From Tubulanus polymorphus (lineage: Eukaryota; Animalia; Nemertea), in assembly GCF_964204645.1 (NCBI RefSeq), contig NC_134028.1, positions 20,335,245 through 20,399,244 of the forward strand: a stretch of 64,000 nt of DNA. Direction: 5' to 3'. Shown one piece after another: positions 23,636-36,790 of the stretch (its first letter is position 1; each line of letters begins with the position of its first letter). The notes below the pieces were generated by a model. It did no database searches. It saw only the letters and a list, made by a program, of their open reading frames with translations, and had not been told where the DNA came from. The translations under genes and the position numbers were made by a program.

Positions 23636-24881
23636 TTAGTTATTATCGTCGTCCGATTCCGTGTGGAGTTTGAAATGTACTGGTAAAGCGTTCCGTTCTA
23701 TTTCGGGCTGTAAACCTAGTTTATTAAGAATTCCATGTTTGATTGCTTCGGGCGCCGTTCCATATTGACAAGATGTGAGTTTGATAGGGATTAAGATGTT
23801 TCGTTTTTGCATGTAATAAATTTACCAGTAGTTAATTCATTTTTAATTAAAGATGAAGCATCCAAGGTCAGGGGAATGTACTTTTTAAAAATTCGCCACA
23901 GGTAAAGCTACCGAACTTACATCTTAGTAAGGATAATCGGACCGATATGGCCTCCGTTGATTCAAAACATTCTTCGGACTATATTAGATCTCATTAAGAA
24001 AAACTGAGTTAGATGGCTATGAATCTAATAATATATTTCTCCTATTTCTATCGGGATGTTTTCATTACCTACCATTCTGAGTATTAAGTTGGCTCTATCC
24101 CTTTATATTTTCCTCACAATGCGCAGCAACCCGGGTGCGCTTTCGCCGATAGCTGCGGCGGCACAGAATATTCCATTAGTATGTGCGGATATCGTAGTTT
24201 CAAATGTTACGCATAGTTTTTTGAGGGTAGTGTCACGGTTATCCATTCGCAATAAAGGTATTGGTTTATAGTTAACGTTTTAAGAAACTAAAGGCCACCG
24301 AGAGAGGCTCGATTTAAAGTGGCTATTGAATTCGTAAGTGTGAAAGATTGCCTGGCAATTCCTTTATGTGCGCTTTCTGCTTGTCCTGGGGATATAGGGT
24401 TAAGTGTTCGTTGGGTACATCTGCCCAGATTGATATAGATCTCCCGGAGAAGATTTGTATTATTCCACTTATAAGCGTCTACGACGCATACTAGATGCCC
24501 CCTATTCCCTTCGATTGTATGTGATTCATCACGATTTAATAAACCCGTTATTGGCAAATCGAAGTCAGCGCCCTTCATTGCCCCAGGTAGAAAATAGGCC
24601 TCAAAACATTGATCAAGAAAACTTGGCTAATAAACTGTTGTTATTTAAGGCAAATGAATTAATTTATATCCTGCTCACTTTGGTCGGTTTCGTGTTTGAT
24701 TATATTCTTATGAAACTATGTACTATTGACTAATTGATTGGACTATTATTTCTTCACTGTTTATTGTGTGTCCAATGAGTCCGTTTTGTTTTAGTTTCCG
24801 GGGCGGAAACATTTGGGTCTAGAAAGTGACACGAATGCAGTCTTTAATTATAAATCTCCCTGGGAGAAACGTGTCATCACG

Positions 24882-25191
24882 TGTCAACATCTGACCAAAA
24901 TCATTGAATAACTACCACTACGGCGCGTGTCTCCCGCATTTCACATTATTGATTTCATTAAATTTAGTAACTTTGGCACTGGCCAGAACAAATACAGCCC
25001 TCTCTGGAACAAATGAAGCCATCTGCCAAAGTAGAACAAAGGGGGCCGGGATCTGTATAAATAGGCTGGTCAGTACCAAAGTGGGAGACTCCTCATTCTG
25101 AGATTCAACCGGCAAAAGTAGTCACATCGATTGACCACCCGACTCATTGGACGGAACAACGATAACTTATAAAATAAAGATACAACTGACA
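24882..25191 (+). mobile_element. Possible LTR-like segment
   Basis: TGTCA...TGACA ends, internal TATAAATA (~25056) and AATAAA (~25173). No TSD seen. Confidence 0.3.
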
Positions 25192-28100
25192 TACAACAAC
25201 CGCTTTCATAACTTTCATTCCTGGGGAAGGAAAATCACACAGTTCGACCCCGAAGAAGGAGAAAACGTTTAACTACTCGTTACACTACGAATAAGAGATG
25301 CCCTCCCATAAATAAATGAGCATAGAAAGCTCAAACATAATCCTGCGAACATAGGATATAGGATCAAAGCTTTCCGAGATGAGATCCTGGCGGCAGAATC
25401 CTTTCTGATAAAGAGTATTAGATCTCATTAAGAAAAGCTGAGTTAGAGGGCTATGAATCTAATAAATGTTTGTATGTGGACAGTCGGTATCATAACTGTT
25501 GAAGACCATACCGACTGTATGAATAGGATATACAAGTTTATTTCCTCTTCTTCAGCGGAAAATTGTCAAAATGTATGTACGGGTTCTCCACTGTTACAAA
25601 ACACATTTGTTAAGCAAATGTTCATGTGGAGACGAGTGTAATGTAACATTACTCGATTCCCGTACAATGCAGTTTTTGAAGATCTTGATATTTTAACACT
25701 CTAATTCTATCATTCTTTGAATTTGCGCTAATTCTTATATATATATATTTTTTTTTTTTCTACACATATTCAGATTAAATATTTTGGTTATAAAATATTT
25801 TGGAGCTTCAGTCAAACCGAGCTTACCTGATATTTTAATTGAATAGAACTGGTGGGTGCAGGCGATAGAAGTGACAGAGGCGTACTGACATCAGTGCACC
25901 TTTATGGGGGAAATGCGGGATCAGCATACGCCGCTGGCATACCGTAATGGGCTGGATCCATGACGTATGCGCTATGTGTTTGGTCTACCGTTTTGAGTGG
26001 TCTTTTTGTAATAATTTTAGAATTTTGTGCAGCATGAATTATGTGCGCAATCAAAAAATGCGAATATACGTGGGCACATGTGTAATCATCGCTTCTGAAG
26101 CGATACCTATTTAGGGACAACAATCAAATCTCAAATGAAATCTACCAACTAAACACATAACAGGGTAACGAAATCTACAAATCAAATTAATAACAGGGTC
26201 AACCACTACTTAAAGATAAAAAAGTACCTCCTGTTGCTATCCTAATTTGGTCTGAAGCTCTAATGCTCTCTGTATTGCAGGCATAATGTGAATGAACAAG
26301 ACCTAGTCGAACCATCGACTCTAAAACGAAATTCGTTCTTTAAAGTACATGGTCGAACTTAGATGAATAATGTGGATGTGAACAAAATGACTGATATAAA
26401 GACGCATCTGTGCATCCGGTGCATTGTGTTTCTCTCTACCACTCAAGACAAACGAGCTAAATCTACGGGACTATTGCTCGGACGATGATTGCTTTTAGCC
26501 TGAAATAGGTCGAGAACAATACAAGAATCAACAAAGCTTATAGCTATACGTCTACACTAGCATTTTGTGCCCGGGTTAAGCGTATCCGCTGGTAACACGT
26601 AAAAATACCCGCGTGCGCGTGAAACTCCGCTAGAGTGGACAGTGAACCCGCGTTCATTGCAGGGTTCGGGCGCCACAGTTGACCTTGAACTTGCACTACA
26701 ATTGTGGATTCTTGCTACCGAAGCTGCGTTTTGTGTAGACGCGGTTAACGCAGTCCTCGCTTATCACTTTCGTTGAACCCGTGTGTATAGAAACCCGTTG
26801 AAAACTTGAAATGATAAACCGCTAACAGTTATACAGTTACAGTTACAATTTACGATTACACCTTTTACAAAAGTTCATATATATCATTATCATTATGTAC
26901 GCAATTCAGTGTACACACCATTATAAAATGGTATTCATCGCCGATAGTCTCTACCTTTATCCAGAGTTAAGTCGTTAAAATCATTTCAATTTATCAAATA
27001 TCCTGGTCGGATGAATCTACACAATTCTATTGAATCGTATCATATGAGAAGTGCAATTTGAATATGCGGTTTGTACCGATATCTATTATGCTTAAGTAAC
27101 TATCCCATGATGTATGTTTTTCTCGTATTTCTATCGAAGTCGACTATACGTACCAATATCAATAACGTTTGGTTAACAAAAAGGTCAATTTTATTGATGA
27201 AATTTATGAAATTTATGAAATTTATTTTCAAAATCTCTAAAATGTTAAACTTGGTGCGTATAATGCGAAACTATCATGTAAGAGTAGATATTTCACTGAG
27301 AATATTCAAATAGTATAGACAAAAAATGAAAAACCGTCTTTTACCTTAATCCATCGATTGATGCATTCGCTGGAAGATGATTATGGAAGAGAGTTTTTGA
27401 GTATCGCAAACATGTTGTTGGTGAGGCGTCCAAGTGAGAAAGGCCGCCGTGCGTTGGCATCATTGACCCCACCACCAATGGAATGTTGAAATTATTCCCT
27501 TTGACGATCAACGCGGTTTGCTATAAATACCCGCCAACGCGCCGCATTCTATTGGTGCACAATGATATGATCTCACCGATCCTTTCCTGTGTGATGACTT
27601 GGGGCGATGAATGACTAACAATTGTTATTCTTTTTCGTCGTATTTTCTCTTCTTCTCCTGCTTTTTTTCTGTTCAATTAGGGTGCTTGCTGTAGCTTGGC
27701 CCTGATTCTATATATGTCCTGTTTGAATTAATTATGACAACATGCTTTCTTCATATGAAATTAATTGAAATCCAGGTTATATTGACACGAGATGGTGGTG
27801 GTCAATGTCTGGGTCGGACAAAATATACTTTGAATTCAGGAGGTCCATAATAGCTATACAAAACGACGACGTGTATACGTTTTCCTATGATCGTTACACT
27901 CTCTTTCGTGTTTTCTATGTGTATATTTTGCATTGCTACATGTTGCCTGTGTATCATTAAGTAGCCTATTATTTCTAAATACGAAACGAGTGGTACTTTA
28001 TAGGTCATTAACTATTTCATTTGACGCACCGGCTCTCGCTACTACTGTATAGTTTAAATAACTTTTACATTTTCTTCATCTTAAAACCAGGATTGACCCT

Positions 28101-28831
28101 GTTATTCATTTGATTAAGTTAGATTTATTTCATTCGGTCTCCCTTACAAACCCATCACACCTGCCGGGAGCAGTGGGTTTGATTTTGAAATCGGAAGCTG
28201 TTTGATTGGCGATCGAATGTACACCGTTTTTTGTTTATATCGAAGTACATGATTGGAAAATAACGAGAATAAGGTGGAACAAAAGGTGTAACAAAAGATT
28301 AAGTCACAAAAAGTTTCGTTAGGCTAGTAATTTATTTATTCGACGTTGCGACTTCATTACAATGACTGGTGACGGCATCAGCAAAAAATAAATCAAGATA
28401 ATCCTCGTTTATATGGACAGTATATCATTTTGTCAGTTTCGGATCATCGGACTTGTGGGGGCTGTCTTGAGATTAAGTTCTTCAAAATTCGTTCATTGCC
28501 AATTTCGGGCTTGTTATTTTCAAAGTAAATGATTTGGTTTCAGTCTCAGAGTTCTCAAATAAATTCACCTGCAGTGTTTAACCCAAGAGACTTTTGCTCG
28601 GCTTGCTCTTTTAACGCAATAGGGAATATAAAACGTTGCCTCTATTTTTCACTACTTGTAAAAATCCTCTATGATTCCACTGTGGGAATGAAAAATATCG
28701 CGTTATAACGAATTTCGCAGCGTTATAGAGAAAGATATTTTCATTGAATTCAAGTTAGATCGAGCAAATTCATTCTCTGAAAAATGTTGGCGTTAAGAGG
28801 TTAAGAGAGTTAAGACATACGATGGTATTAA

Positions 28832-28877
28832 TATGACGGAACCAGTCCATGAATTTTTATGGACTGGTTCCGTCATA
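28832..28877. repeat. Perfect 19-bp inverted repeat with 8-nt loop
   Basis: tatgacggaaccagtccat / atggactggttccgtcata. Confidence 0.9.
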
Positions 28878-29594
28878 GTCCATTATATATTTCTTGCATA
28901 ATGCACGTGCCATACACATCTCAAGAAATGTTATTATTTGTCCAAACATATATGAAGTTTCCAAATTTATGAGAAACTCTCCCAATAGTATCAATTTATC
29001 AAAGTTTTTGAACGAAGTAAAATATTAAATCACTTCATTAATCTAGTTTATCAAATCGGATCATAATATGTAATCACTTTTACTGATTTTGCAGTTATGT
29101 ATATACGTGTAAATGTCTTCGCTAACTGTATCCGCTTATATTTATATTTGTCCGTGTCATACGAGAATATTCTCTGACAATAAAGATATATTATTATTAT
29201 TACCATTATTATGAAATCACATACGTACGTCAAATTATGCTCTATCTTCTACTTCAAATCACATGTATCACAAACATTATCTAAAAATATGAGATGACCC
29301 TCCCAAGCCTTAGTTTGTTGCGTGATTTTGGTTTCTCTGATTTCTGACGATACAATTCGTTTTACTATCGTCTGCAGTTTCATGAAAAAAACCTTGTAAG
29401 ATGACCGGTGTTATTCACAGTAGTTACACATTATGTAATACCAAGAATTTGAGTTACCGTTTTGCCATATTCGACTCGGATGCCAATGGAAAATTCTTTA
29501 AAAAAAATTACAAAGCATATAGCCAACTAGCCTGATGTTGTTTGTTACAAGCGCTGTGATTGGTGCGATCGGATTCTGGTCGTCTAGTAAACGA

Positions 29595-30301
29595 ACGTTC
29601 GGCAGTTGTGCTCTTCCTGTTCACATCTCGTTTGATACGTACACCGAGATTCGCTAGATCTACTACTATATTGATAATTACGGCGCAGATGACGGCGCAG
29701 AAATAAATTGAATAATATTATCAAATATGTGACTTGCATCAAGTTTTGGACATATCGGCGCATCAAAACAATTCCGGATTCGAACCAACGTCATTATGAC
29801 GTTGGTTCGAGTGCATTCACTAGTGTTATTATAACACTAGTGAATGCACTGGTTCAATATCTCAGCCCTGCTCTGTCGTTACAATTTACCGACCAGTTTT
29901 CCGGATGTTACTCCCGGTTGATTGATCAAATAAAAGTTTTCTATATATTCGTCATCCACTTAAACATTCTACCGTTAACTTTGATCATAACATCAAATTC
30001 TTTTCTGATATTTCAGTTATTCAGAGGTTCGAAAATGGTCTCGTATGATCAGAAAACTACAAAATCAAAACGTACAACCAATAATGCTTGTAACAGTTTT
30101 ACTCGCATTTGCAATGTTTACACTTCCAAATATTATTGTATATTTACATATCTGACCGGAACAGAGAGATTTTCTACTTGACATATTCACACAATTCTTG
30201 GCATGTAACTTTGTGCTAAATTTCCATATATATCTTTTACTGGGGCGAGAAATCCGTGAATATTTCTTTTTGAAATCCGCTGTAGAAATTCGGTCAAATA
30301 A
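29595..30301 (+). pseudogene. 5'-truncated class A GPCR pseudogene, paralog of 34729-35679 and 37897-38847
   Basis: ERSAVVLF.FTSRLI.TPRFAR, YLSPALSLQFTDQF, QLFRGSKMVSYDQKTTKSKRTT and ..LLGREIREYF are present. Frameshifts and a ~155-bp insertion at ~29665-29820. Confidence 0.9.
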
Positions 30302-30587
30302 CAATTGATATCAATAGTTTGATTCACGTCATACAACTTTAATCCGTTTTCTAACTGTGGTGGAATCGTTACAGTGACATTCAGATAAATTTTTATTGCT
30401 AATTTGTTCAACTGCATAAGATATTAAACTTCAGACAATTGAAATAATTTTCCGCAAATTACTTAATTTTTCATTTTAGGTAGAATTATTAGCAGCACTA
30501 AAGAAAGTTACTTAATTCACTTCAATTGAGTTAAGGTTAATGTTGATACCAGTTTATAAAACCGAAAGTACCCGGTTTTTACCCACG

Positions 30588-31246
30588 TATGGTGGCTGAT
30601 AAGGGCCATAGCGTAAAATTCCTGGTATGTAAATGAGGGCGCCAGAATGCCAGAACGCCAAAACGAAAAAAGACGTCCAATTTTCTCTAAAAGTTCGTTT
30701 TGGCGCGCCAAAACAAAGAAAATTCCGTTTTGGCACCCCCGCAAAAACGAACTTTATTTTGGCGCCCCCGCCAAAACGAACTTTCGTTTTGGCGCCCCGC
30801 CAAAACAACGAAAAACGTCGAAAATTTCTCTTTCGTTTTGGCGCGGTTATTTCCGTTTTGGCGCCCCCGCCAAAACAAGCATTCAACCACAGTAAAATTA
30901 TTTTTCAATTTGGCGCGTTGATCTTGTGTGTAATTTGCATTAATTTGCATATATGAAAATATTTTTCGTATATATAGAATTATTTTACATGGTTTAAAGT
31001 TCGTTTTGGCGGGGGCGCCAAAACGGAATACTCTCCGTTTTGGCGCGCCAAAACGAACTTTCAGAGAAAATTGGACGTTTTTCGTTCTTTTGGCGGGGGC
31101 GCCAAAACGGAATATTCTCCGTTTTGGCGCGCCAAAACGAACTTTCAGAGAAAATTGGACGTTTTTTTTCGTTTTGGCGTTCTGGCGTTCTGGCGCCCTC
31201 ATTTACATACCAGGAATTTTACGCTATGGCCTTATCAGCCACCATA
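30588..31246. mobile_element. Non-autonomous foldback DNA transposon, IS3EU-like (TAT...ATA ends, 6-bp TSD CCCACG)
   Basis: TIRs longer than 100 bp start TATGGTGGCTGATAAGG. Internal ttttggcgcgccaaaa palindromic repeats. cccacg on both flanks. Confidence 0.85.
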
Positions 31247-31354
31247 CCCACGCGCAAAAAATGCGAATTAGTCAGAACTCTGTGAAAAAGGTCAGCATCA
31301 GAACAAAATAGCGACCGTAGGGAAATTCATTCAACCGGATGTGAAAAGTTGACC

Positions 31355-31427
31355 AGGTTCCATCGGGTTTCGAACCCGAGACCTTCTGCGTGTTAAGCAG
31401 ATGTGATAACCACTACACCATGGAACC
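31355..31427 (-). tRNA. tRNA-Val-AAC: tRNA-Val (anticodon AAC)
   Basis: GGTTCCATGGTGTAGTGGTTATCACATCTGCTTAACACGCAGAAGGTCTCGGGTTCGAAACCCGATGGAACC has a perfect acceptor stem, anticodon stem, T-loop TTCGAAA, A/B boxes and TTTT just downstream. Confidence 0.92.
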
Positions 31428-32399
31428 GGTTGATCGTCGCACCGTCTATCCGATTGATGCGCGTTGACGCGCAAAAATAGCTCAACCTACGTATGTCTAA
31501 TATCGTCTCTTGCCCTTTTTGTCATTGCTGTTATCTTCTCTAATGCCCCATTGATTGTGGTAAAAGTATGCCTGCGTACCAACACAATATGAAAATACCA
31601 AAGACCCTGAAACTAACCACAATCATAGAGCAAGTCATAAGGCCGTGTTTTATGATACATTGATTGCGGATTTGATGGGCTTTGAATGATTGCAGAGGCG
31701 GTTGAAAAATTTAAAAAAATGTAAACCTCAACAAAAATAAAGAAATATTAATTCTCAAAAAATTGAATTCGAAGTGGATTTGACGAAATAAAAAAAAACG
31801 TTCCCTATTTTTGAGGTTGTTATGGGATGATGATACCTGAATATTTTTAACAACACTAAATGTCTCTGATAATTGTTATACATATTTCATCTATATTTCG
31901 TATTTCTTTATTGTTTTATGTCTCCATCTTATTACTCATTGTCCTCTGAGACTGTTTGTCTGTATCAGAATGTGTTAATTGTTGTTTGTCTCACTGTCAT
32001 GTCACTACTCGTCACCTTTGTTTTTGTATCATTTTCCATGTCTCAACCTGTCTGAATCTGTGTTATATAAATAGCTATGTGTAAAAATAAAGTCAGTTCC
32101 AGTTTTGGTATTCCAAACTGATAGTTCGCTCGTTACTCTTTCGCTCTGTTCCGGATTTCCGACGTCGACCATTCTTCGAGAATAGGACTGAAAATAGCTT
32201 TGCTAAATATTGTCTATTTACTGCCTACATTCATGACACCGCACTTTTCGCATGTCACACTATTTACTGAACGAACCCAACAAATCCATTAGAACTCCTA
32301 TCATTTATCGCGATTTTTTTTTTTTGGTTAATGTCAAAAGAAGTTGAATCTATATCGAATACTGTTTATATGGTTTTGGGATATCTTTAGCTTTCCTAG

Positions 32400-32750
32400 A
32401 CTAGATTTGCAAAATGGAATCGCGTAAGCCAATTTTTTAAGAGAGGTTTTGGCGAGTTGGAGAGTTGTGGTAAAATTCAGCCGAAATGAAGGTTCCATCG
32501 CATGTCCGTAGTGCAAGGATCTGCGTGAGCCTTGAGCGAGTCCAATTTTGATCGATACAGCAGTAAACGGAAATAAGTGAAGATATGCCTCAGCGTTAAT
32601 AGGTTTACAGTAGACTGAGAAAATCAAATGAGAATATTTATTGTGAATTAGAAGATCTAAAAACGGAATTTGGTCATTGTTTTCCCATTCGTAATTTTCT
32701 AGTTGGATGTTATTCTGGGCAACTTTGTCAGATTTTATTTTGGGCATCTT
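32400..32750 (-). mobile_element. Penelope-like element reverse transcriptase relic (thumb region)
   Basis: EWENNDQIPFLDLLI..LIFSVYCKPI..YLH matches the Penelope FLD..VYRKPT..YLH signature. Confidence 0.75.
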
Positions 32751-34728
32751 CCGCGGCTATTTAATTCATTTTCCCTTTTTTAGAAGAATAATGCGATGTT
32801 GCATCGAAAAATTTATATTTATATCAAGATCTACACATAAAGTTAATTTGCCACAGATAAAATACTCCATGAAATAATTACTGGATTAGACGGTTATATT
32901 TAAAAGCATATTACGTAGCATTTCCTTGCACAGTGATAACTATCACCGGGATAAGAGCATTTATGCCGGTGATAATAAAAAGAAAATGGCTGACATTTCG
33001 ATCTCATTTCTCATTTTAAGAACTTACTCATAGGATTTCTCGACGTAATAGATTCCAACGCAGGTATAAATAATTGAAAATTATATTCACGGTTCACACA
33101 CACAGGATAACAAAGATGCAGTTGTTATAGGCTACGGTGGTAATTTTATATTTCAATTTGCTTGTGCATGTGAAAATATCAAACATTTTTGATTTGTTGC
33201 GATGAAGCGATGATTTGCTGTGCGAGTCAGAAAGACTATAAATCAATTACGTAATATCAACTCTTGTTTTCTTAGTTGTCTTAATCTATATCGTATATAT
33301 CGGTCTCCATTATCTACGTAGCCTCTGTTAAACCCTGAGAATCATTTTGTTGCGTCTAGTTTTGCCAAATGATGCGTCGGTTTATGCCGAATTACCTTAC
33401 TTGATGGGAGTGTCTTAACGAACTTGGTTTTGGGCAGCACAGATTTGATCACTCTGTGCATTTATCCATTTGATTGAGACGTTAAATAAACTGGTATCAG
33501 TAAATTAGTTCAATCGTTCGAATTTTAAGGTGAGTTACCTCAATTTTTTATAGTTAAATTTTTTATTTATGTTTTTCAATAAATGTGTACCTTGGCTTAG
33601 CTGAGAAATCAGACCTTAAACTAATACGTAAATTAGGTAGTGAGAGTCAATATTTATAGATTAGTTATTTATTCTAAAATTACGGCTAATGATTATTTGT
33701 TTGTAGAAATAGGCCTTTATATTAAGTGTATCTTAAAGAAAAGTCATTTTAAGGTAATCTCAATCACGATTTGATGTAGTATGATTAAGTAATATAATAG
33801 TCTATTCTATTTATCATTTTATAACCAATTATTATATCACTCTGTGCTTGTTGTCCATTTGATTGATACGTTAAATAAACCGGCATTAGTAAATTAATTC
33901 AATCGTTCGAATTTTCAGTTCTGCGAAATAAGCAACATCCAAAAGTCTGTTGCTACGGATTGGGGTCGAATATCAAACATATACGACCTTTATCCGTTAA
34001 ATATATGTCATGAATACGAGGTCGGATATTAATACTTTTCACCCTGTGCTGGTACGACCATAACCTAGCTGAAAACCTCCAATAAGGAATATTTCCTAAT
34101 AAGGAAAGAATGCTTCTCTACTCGTCGGTGACATTCGTCTTGTTGTTGGGACTACACAGTATATTTAGCCGGTTCTAATACGCATACCAGAATCTGTAGA
34201 GTAGCAGGAGCCGATCCGGCCCTTTTGAATGTCTTGTGGCGAATTAAAGGGCATTTTTTATCACAAAAAGGCAGATTTTGGAGATGTATAAACAATTAAG
34301 TGTCGCATTTGAAATGTGTAGATCGGTATGATGTATTTTTTGCAACACTTCAAAGCAGAAAACTTATCTTTATCCGAGAAGTTTGTAAGATTCCATATAA
34401 CAAGTACAGAGTTCATTTATAAAAGGGCAACACAAATCACAGTTGAGGGTCAATGAGACCCCCAGAACCCTCACCTGAGTAGGCCTATTTTCGACACAGG
34501 CAGGATTCAGTGCCACGGGGGTTATGAGCTAACTCCAAGTTGTTATACATGCCTCTTACAATCGTTTCGCGATCATACGTATAACATTGCAGCAAATATC
34601 TGAAGCATGCTAATCAACTTAAACTCGAGTCACCCAAAATATCTATACATCAATTATGTTGATTTTTATTTATCTTTTTCATCGATTTATTTAGTATAAA
34701 GTTGTGTGAAATGAATCAAACTTAGTAG

Positions 34729-35679
34729 TTATTTGACTGAATGTCTACGGCGGATTTTCATGCAGAAATATTCACGAATTTCTCGTCCCAGTAAAAGATA
34801 TATGTAGAAATTTACCACATAGTTACACATTTGAAACTGTGCAAATATGTCATATAGAACATTTTTGAATTCTTCAGTGATTGGTAAAAATACGGTAATG
34901 GCGGATGGAAGTATGAATATTGCAAACGCGAGTGAAACTGTTACAAGCATTATTGTGGTACGTTTTGATTTTGCAGTTTTTTGATCAGTCGAAACCATTT
35001 CTGAGCTTCTGAATAACTGAACTATTATAACAGAATTTGATGTAATGATCACAATGAAAGGTAGAATGTTAAATTGGATGACAATTATTGTGAAAACTGT
35101 CATTTGATCAAATAATTCCCAGTAACAACCTAAAAACTGATCGGTAAAATGTACGGACAAAGCAGGGCTGAGATAAAGAAATAGTACATTTACTGCAGTA
35201 ATCATCAATATAACAAATCTAGCGAATCTAGGTGTACATATTAAACGAGATGTGAACGGGAAGAGAACAACTGCTGCGCGTTCTAAAGTGATAACTACTA
35301 TTAACCACGTACTATTGCTGACAGCGAGTATCATTACAAATTCATAGATGTGACAACTGATCAGTGAATTCATAACGAATATAGCACCAGTGTTTAGAAG
35401 CAAGAGAAAAAACTGTAAAACAGGCATCATCGTATAATTGATACAGACCAGAAAATCACAGAATGCCAAAACGATAAGATAGTTAGCGTAAGATAAACCG
35501 CGGAATCTGCGACTTATCATTATTAGGAAAGTAGCCGAATTTCCGAAGGCTCCAATCAGGAACATGATAGGCAGAACTACCGGTGATACAGTACGGTAGA
35601 TTCCAGACCTGTTCACCACAGACATTAAAAGAATATAGCTGTTATAAGTTCGCCCAATTTGCATCTGAGTTGAATTCAT
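34729..35679 (-). CDS. Intronless class A (rhodopsin-like) GPCR, FMRFamide/sex-peptide-receptor-like orphan, 316 aa
   Basis: Seven hydrophobic segments, TM1 GNS, TM2 LAFCD, TM3 Cys and LER, TM5 LP, TM7 NFYIY, helix 8 REIREYF. Confidence 0.93.
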   Translation of the reverse strand: MNSTQMQIGRTYNSYILLMSVVNRSGIYRTVSPVVLPIMFLIGAFGNSATFLIMISRRFRGLSYANYLIVLAFCDFLVCINYTMMPVLQFFLLLLNTGAIFVMNSLISCHIYEFVMILAVSNSTWLIVVITLERAAVVLFPFTSRLICTPRFARFVILMITAVNVLFLYLSPALSVHFTDQFLGCYWELFDQMTVFTIIVIQFNILPFIVIITSNSVIIVQLFRSSEMVSTDQKTAKSKRTTIMLVTVSLAFAIFILPSAITVFLPITEEFKNVLYDIFAQFQMCNYVVNFYIYLLLGREIREYFCMKIRRRHSVK

Positions 35680-36199
35680 GATTAACTGTTTTCAAGGTGT
35701 AGACTGAATGTATCAGTAGACTCACGCAAGTTGAAGCCATGTCTTATTTATTTCAGCTCACGATTCATTGTTCGCATCAATTGAAAAATCAATTCTCAGA
35801 AATCTGACACAATTTACTCAGATTTTGTGAAAATTTACTACTATGTAAAATACAATAGTTACTAAGTTATATAGATATGAATATTACCTGTACAAACTTC
35901 ATTGCAATTCGTGAAATATCTAATGGTAAAACAGGAAAATGTCTTGATAAAATTCCACCATTTCACGACATGTTGGATTAGGTTGACTATACTGTCAAAG
36001 AGGTGTCAGATCCCCCTATTACGTAACTGTACATTGTGCGCTTTACGTGACAGCCCCGCACACTCCTCACGCAGTGGCAAAACAACCACGATGTTTAGGT
36101 TAATTCTAATATCTATTGTGTTTATTCAAGTACGGTATTGCTTTAACCCGTCCAAATCAAAACTGTAAATCACTTTTATAACCATCATTAAACAACAAA

Positions 36200-36285
36200 G
36201 ACCAGGAGCTTTCGAGGAGCGTACATCGAAAGTGACCATGTTGACCAGGAGCTTTCGAGGAGCGTACATCGAAAGTGACCATGTT
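36200..36285. repeat. Two-copy ~43-bp tandem duplication
   Basis: gaccaggagctttcgaggagcgtacatcgaaagtgaccatgtt occurs twice. Confidence 0.9.
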
Positions 36286-36714
36286 AGTTTGAGGTTGACC
36301 TTCACACTGCGCCTGAAAAAACCCAGGACAGACCTTACATAGCTGAAACCCCCATGTTAGGAGGAAATATTGCTCCTCTACTCGTCCTTTATAACCAAGA
36401 CAATGGTCGACAAATTGTATACCGTAATCTGAACCAGCTGACAGCATTCTTGGAAAAATCACTCAAAAAGTGCGCCTTTTCACTGTCACTTCTTTTAATC
36501 GTTACACTTGTGGAGAACCCGAATTGATCTCGTCACAGCACCTCATCTTGCATCGGCAGCAGGATAAAAGTATTAACATTTGCATGCATACATACATACA
36601 AAATACATACATAATGTGAATACTAGCAATAATATAAATCGCCCGTGGACAGCCGAAATTAGAGGGGAGGGCCGTGTTACACATGTAGAACAATCTGTAA
36701 CCACTGGCCACTAG

Positions 36715-36790
36715 TTCTATTGGCCTACTTGTTAGCACGCTTGCTTTCTGCGTACTAGACGTACTAGTCCCGGGTTCGATCCCCGGTAAG
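36715..36790 (+). mobile_element. Degenerate tRNA-derived SINE head
   Basis: tggcctacttgttag (A-box-like) ... ccgggttcgatccccgg (B box/T arm). No full cloverleaf. Confidence 0.5.

Noticed and set aside
30517-31311. Many overlapping ORFs (also 48871-50090)
   Set aside because: They arise from stop-poor palindromic repeats of the foldback elements.
31246-31355. tRNA-targeted insertion of the foldback element
   Set aside because: The second copy has no neighbouring tRNA, so the proximity may be chance.
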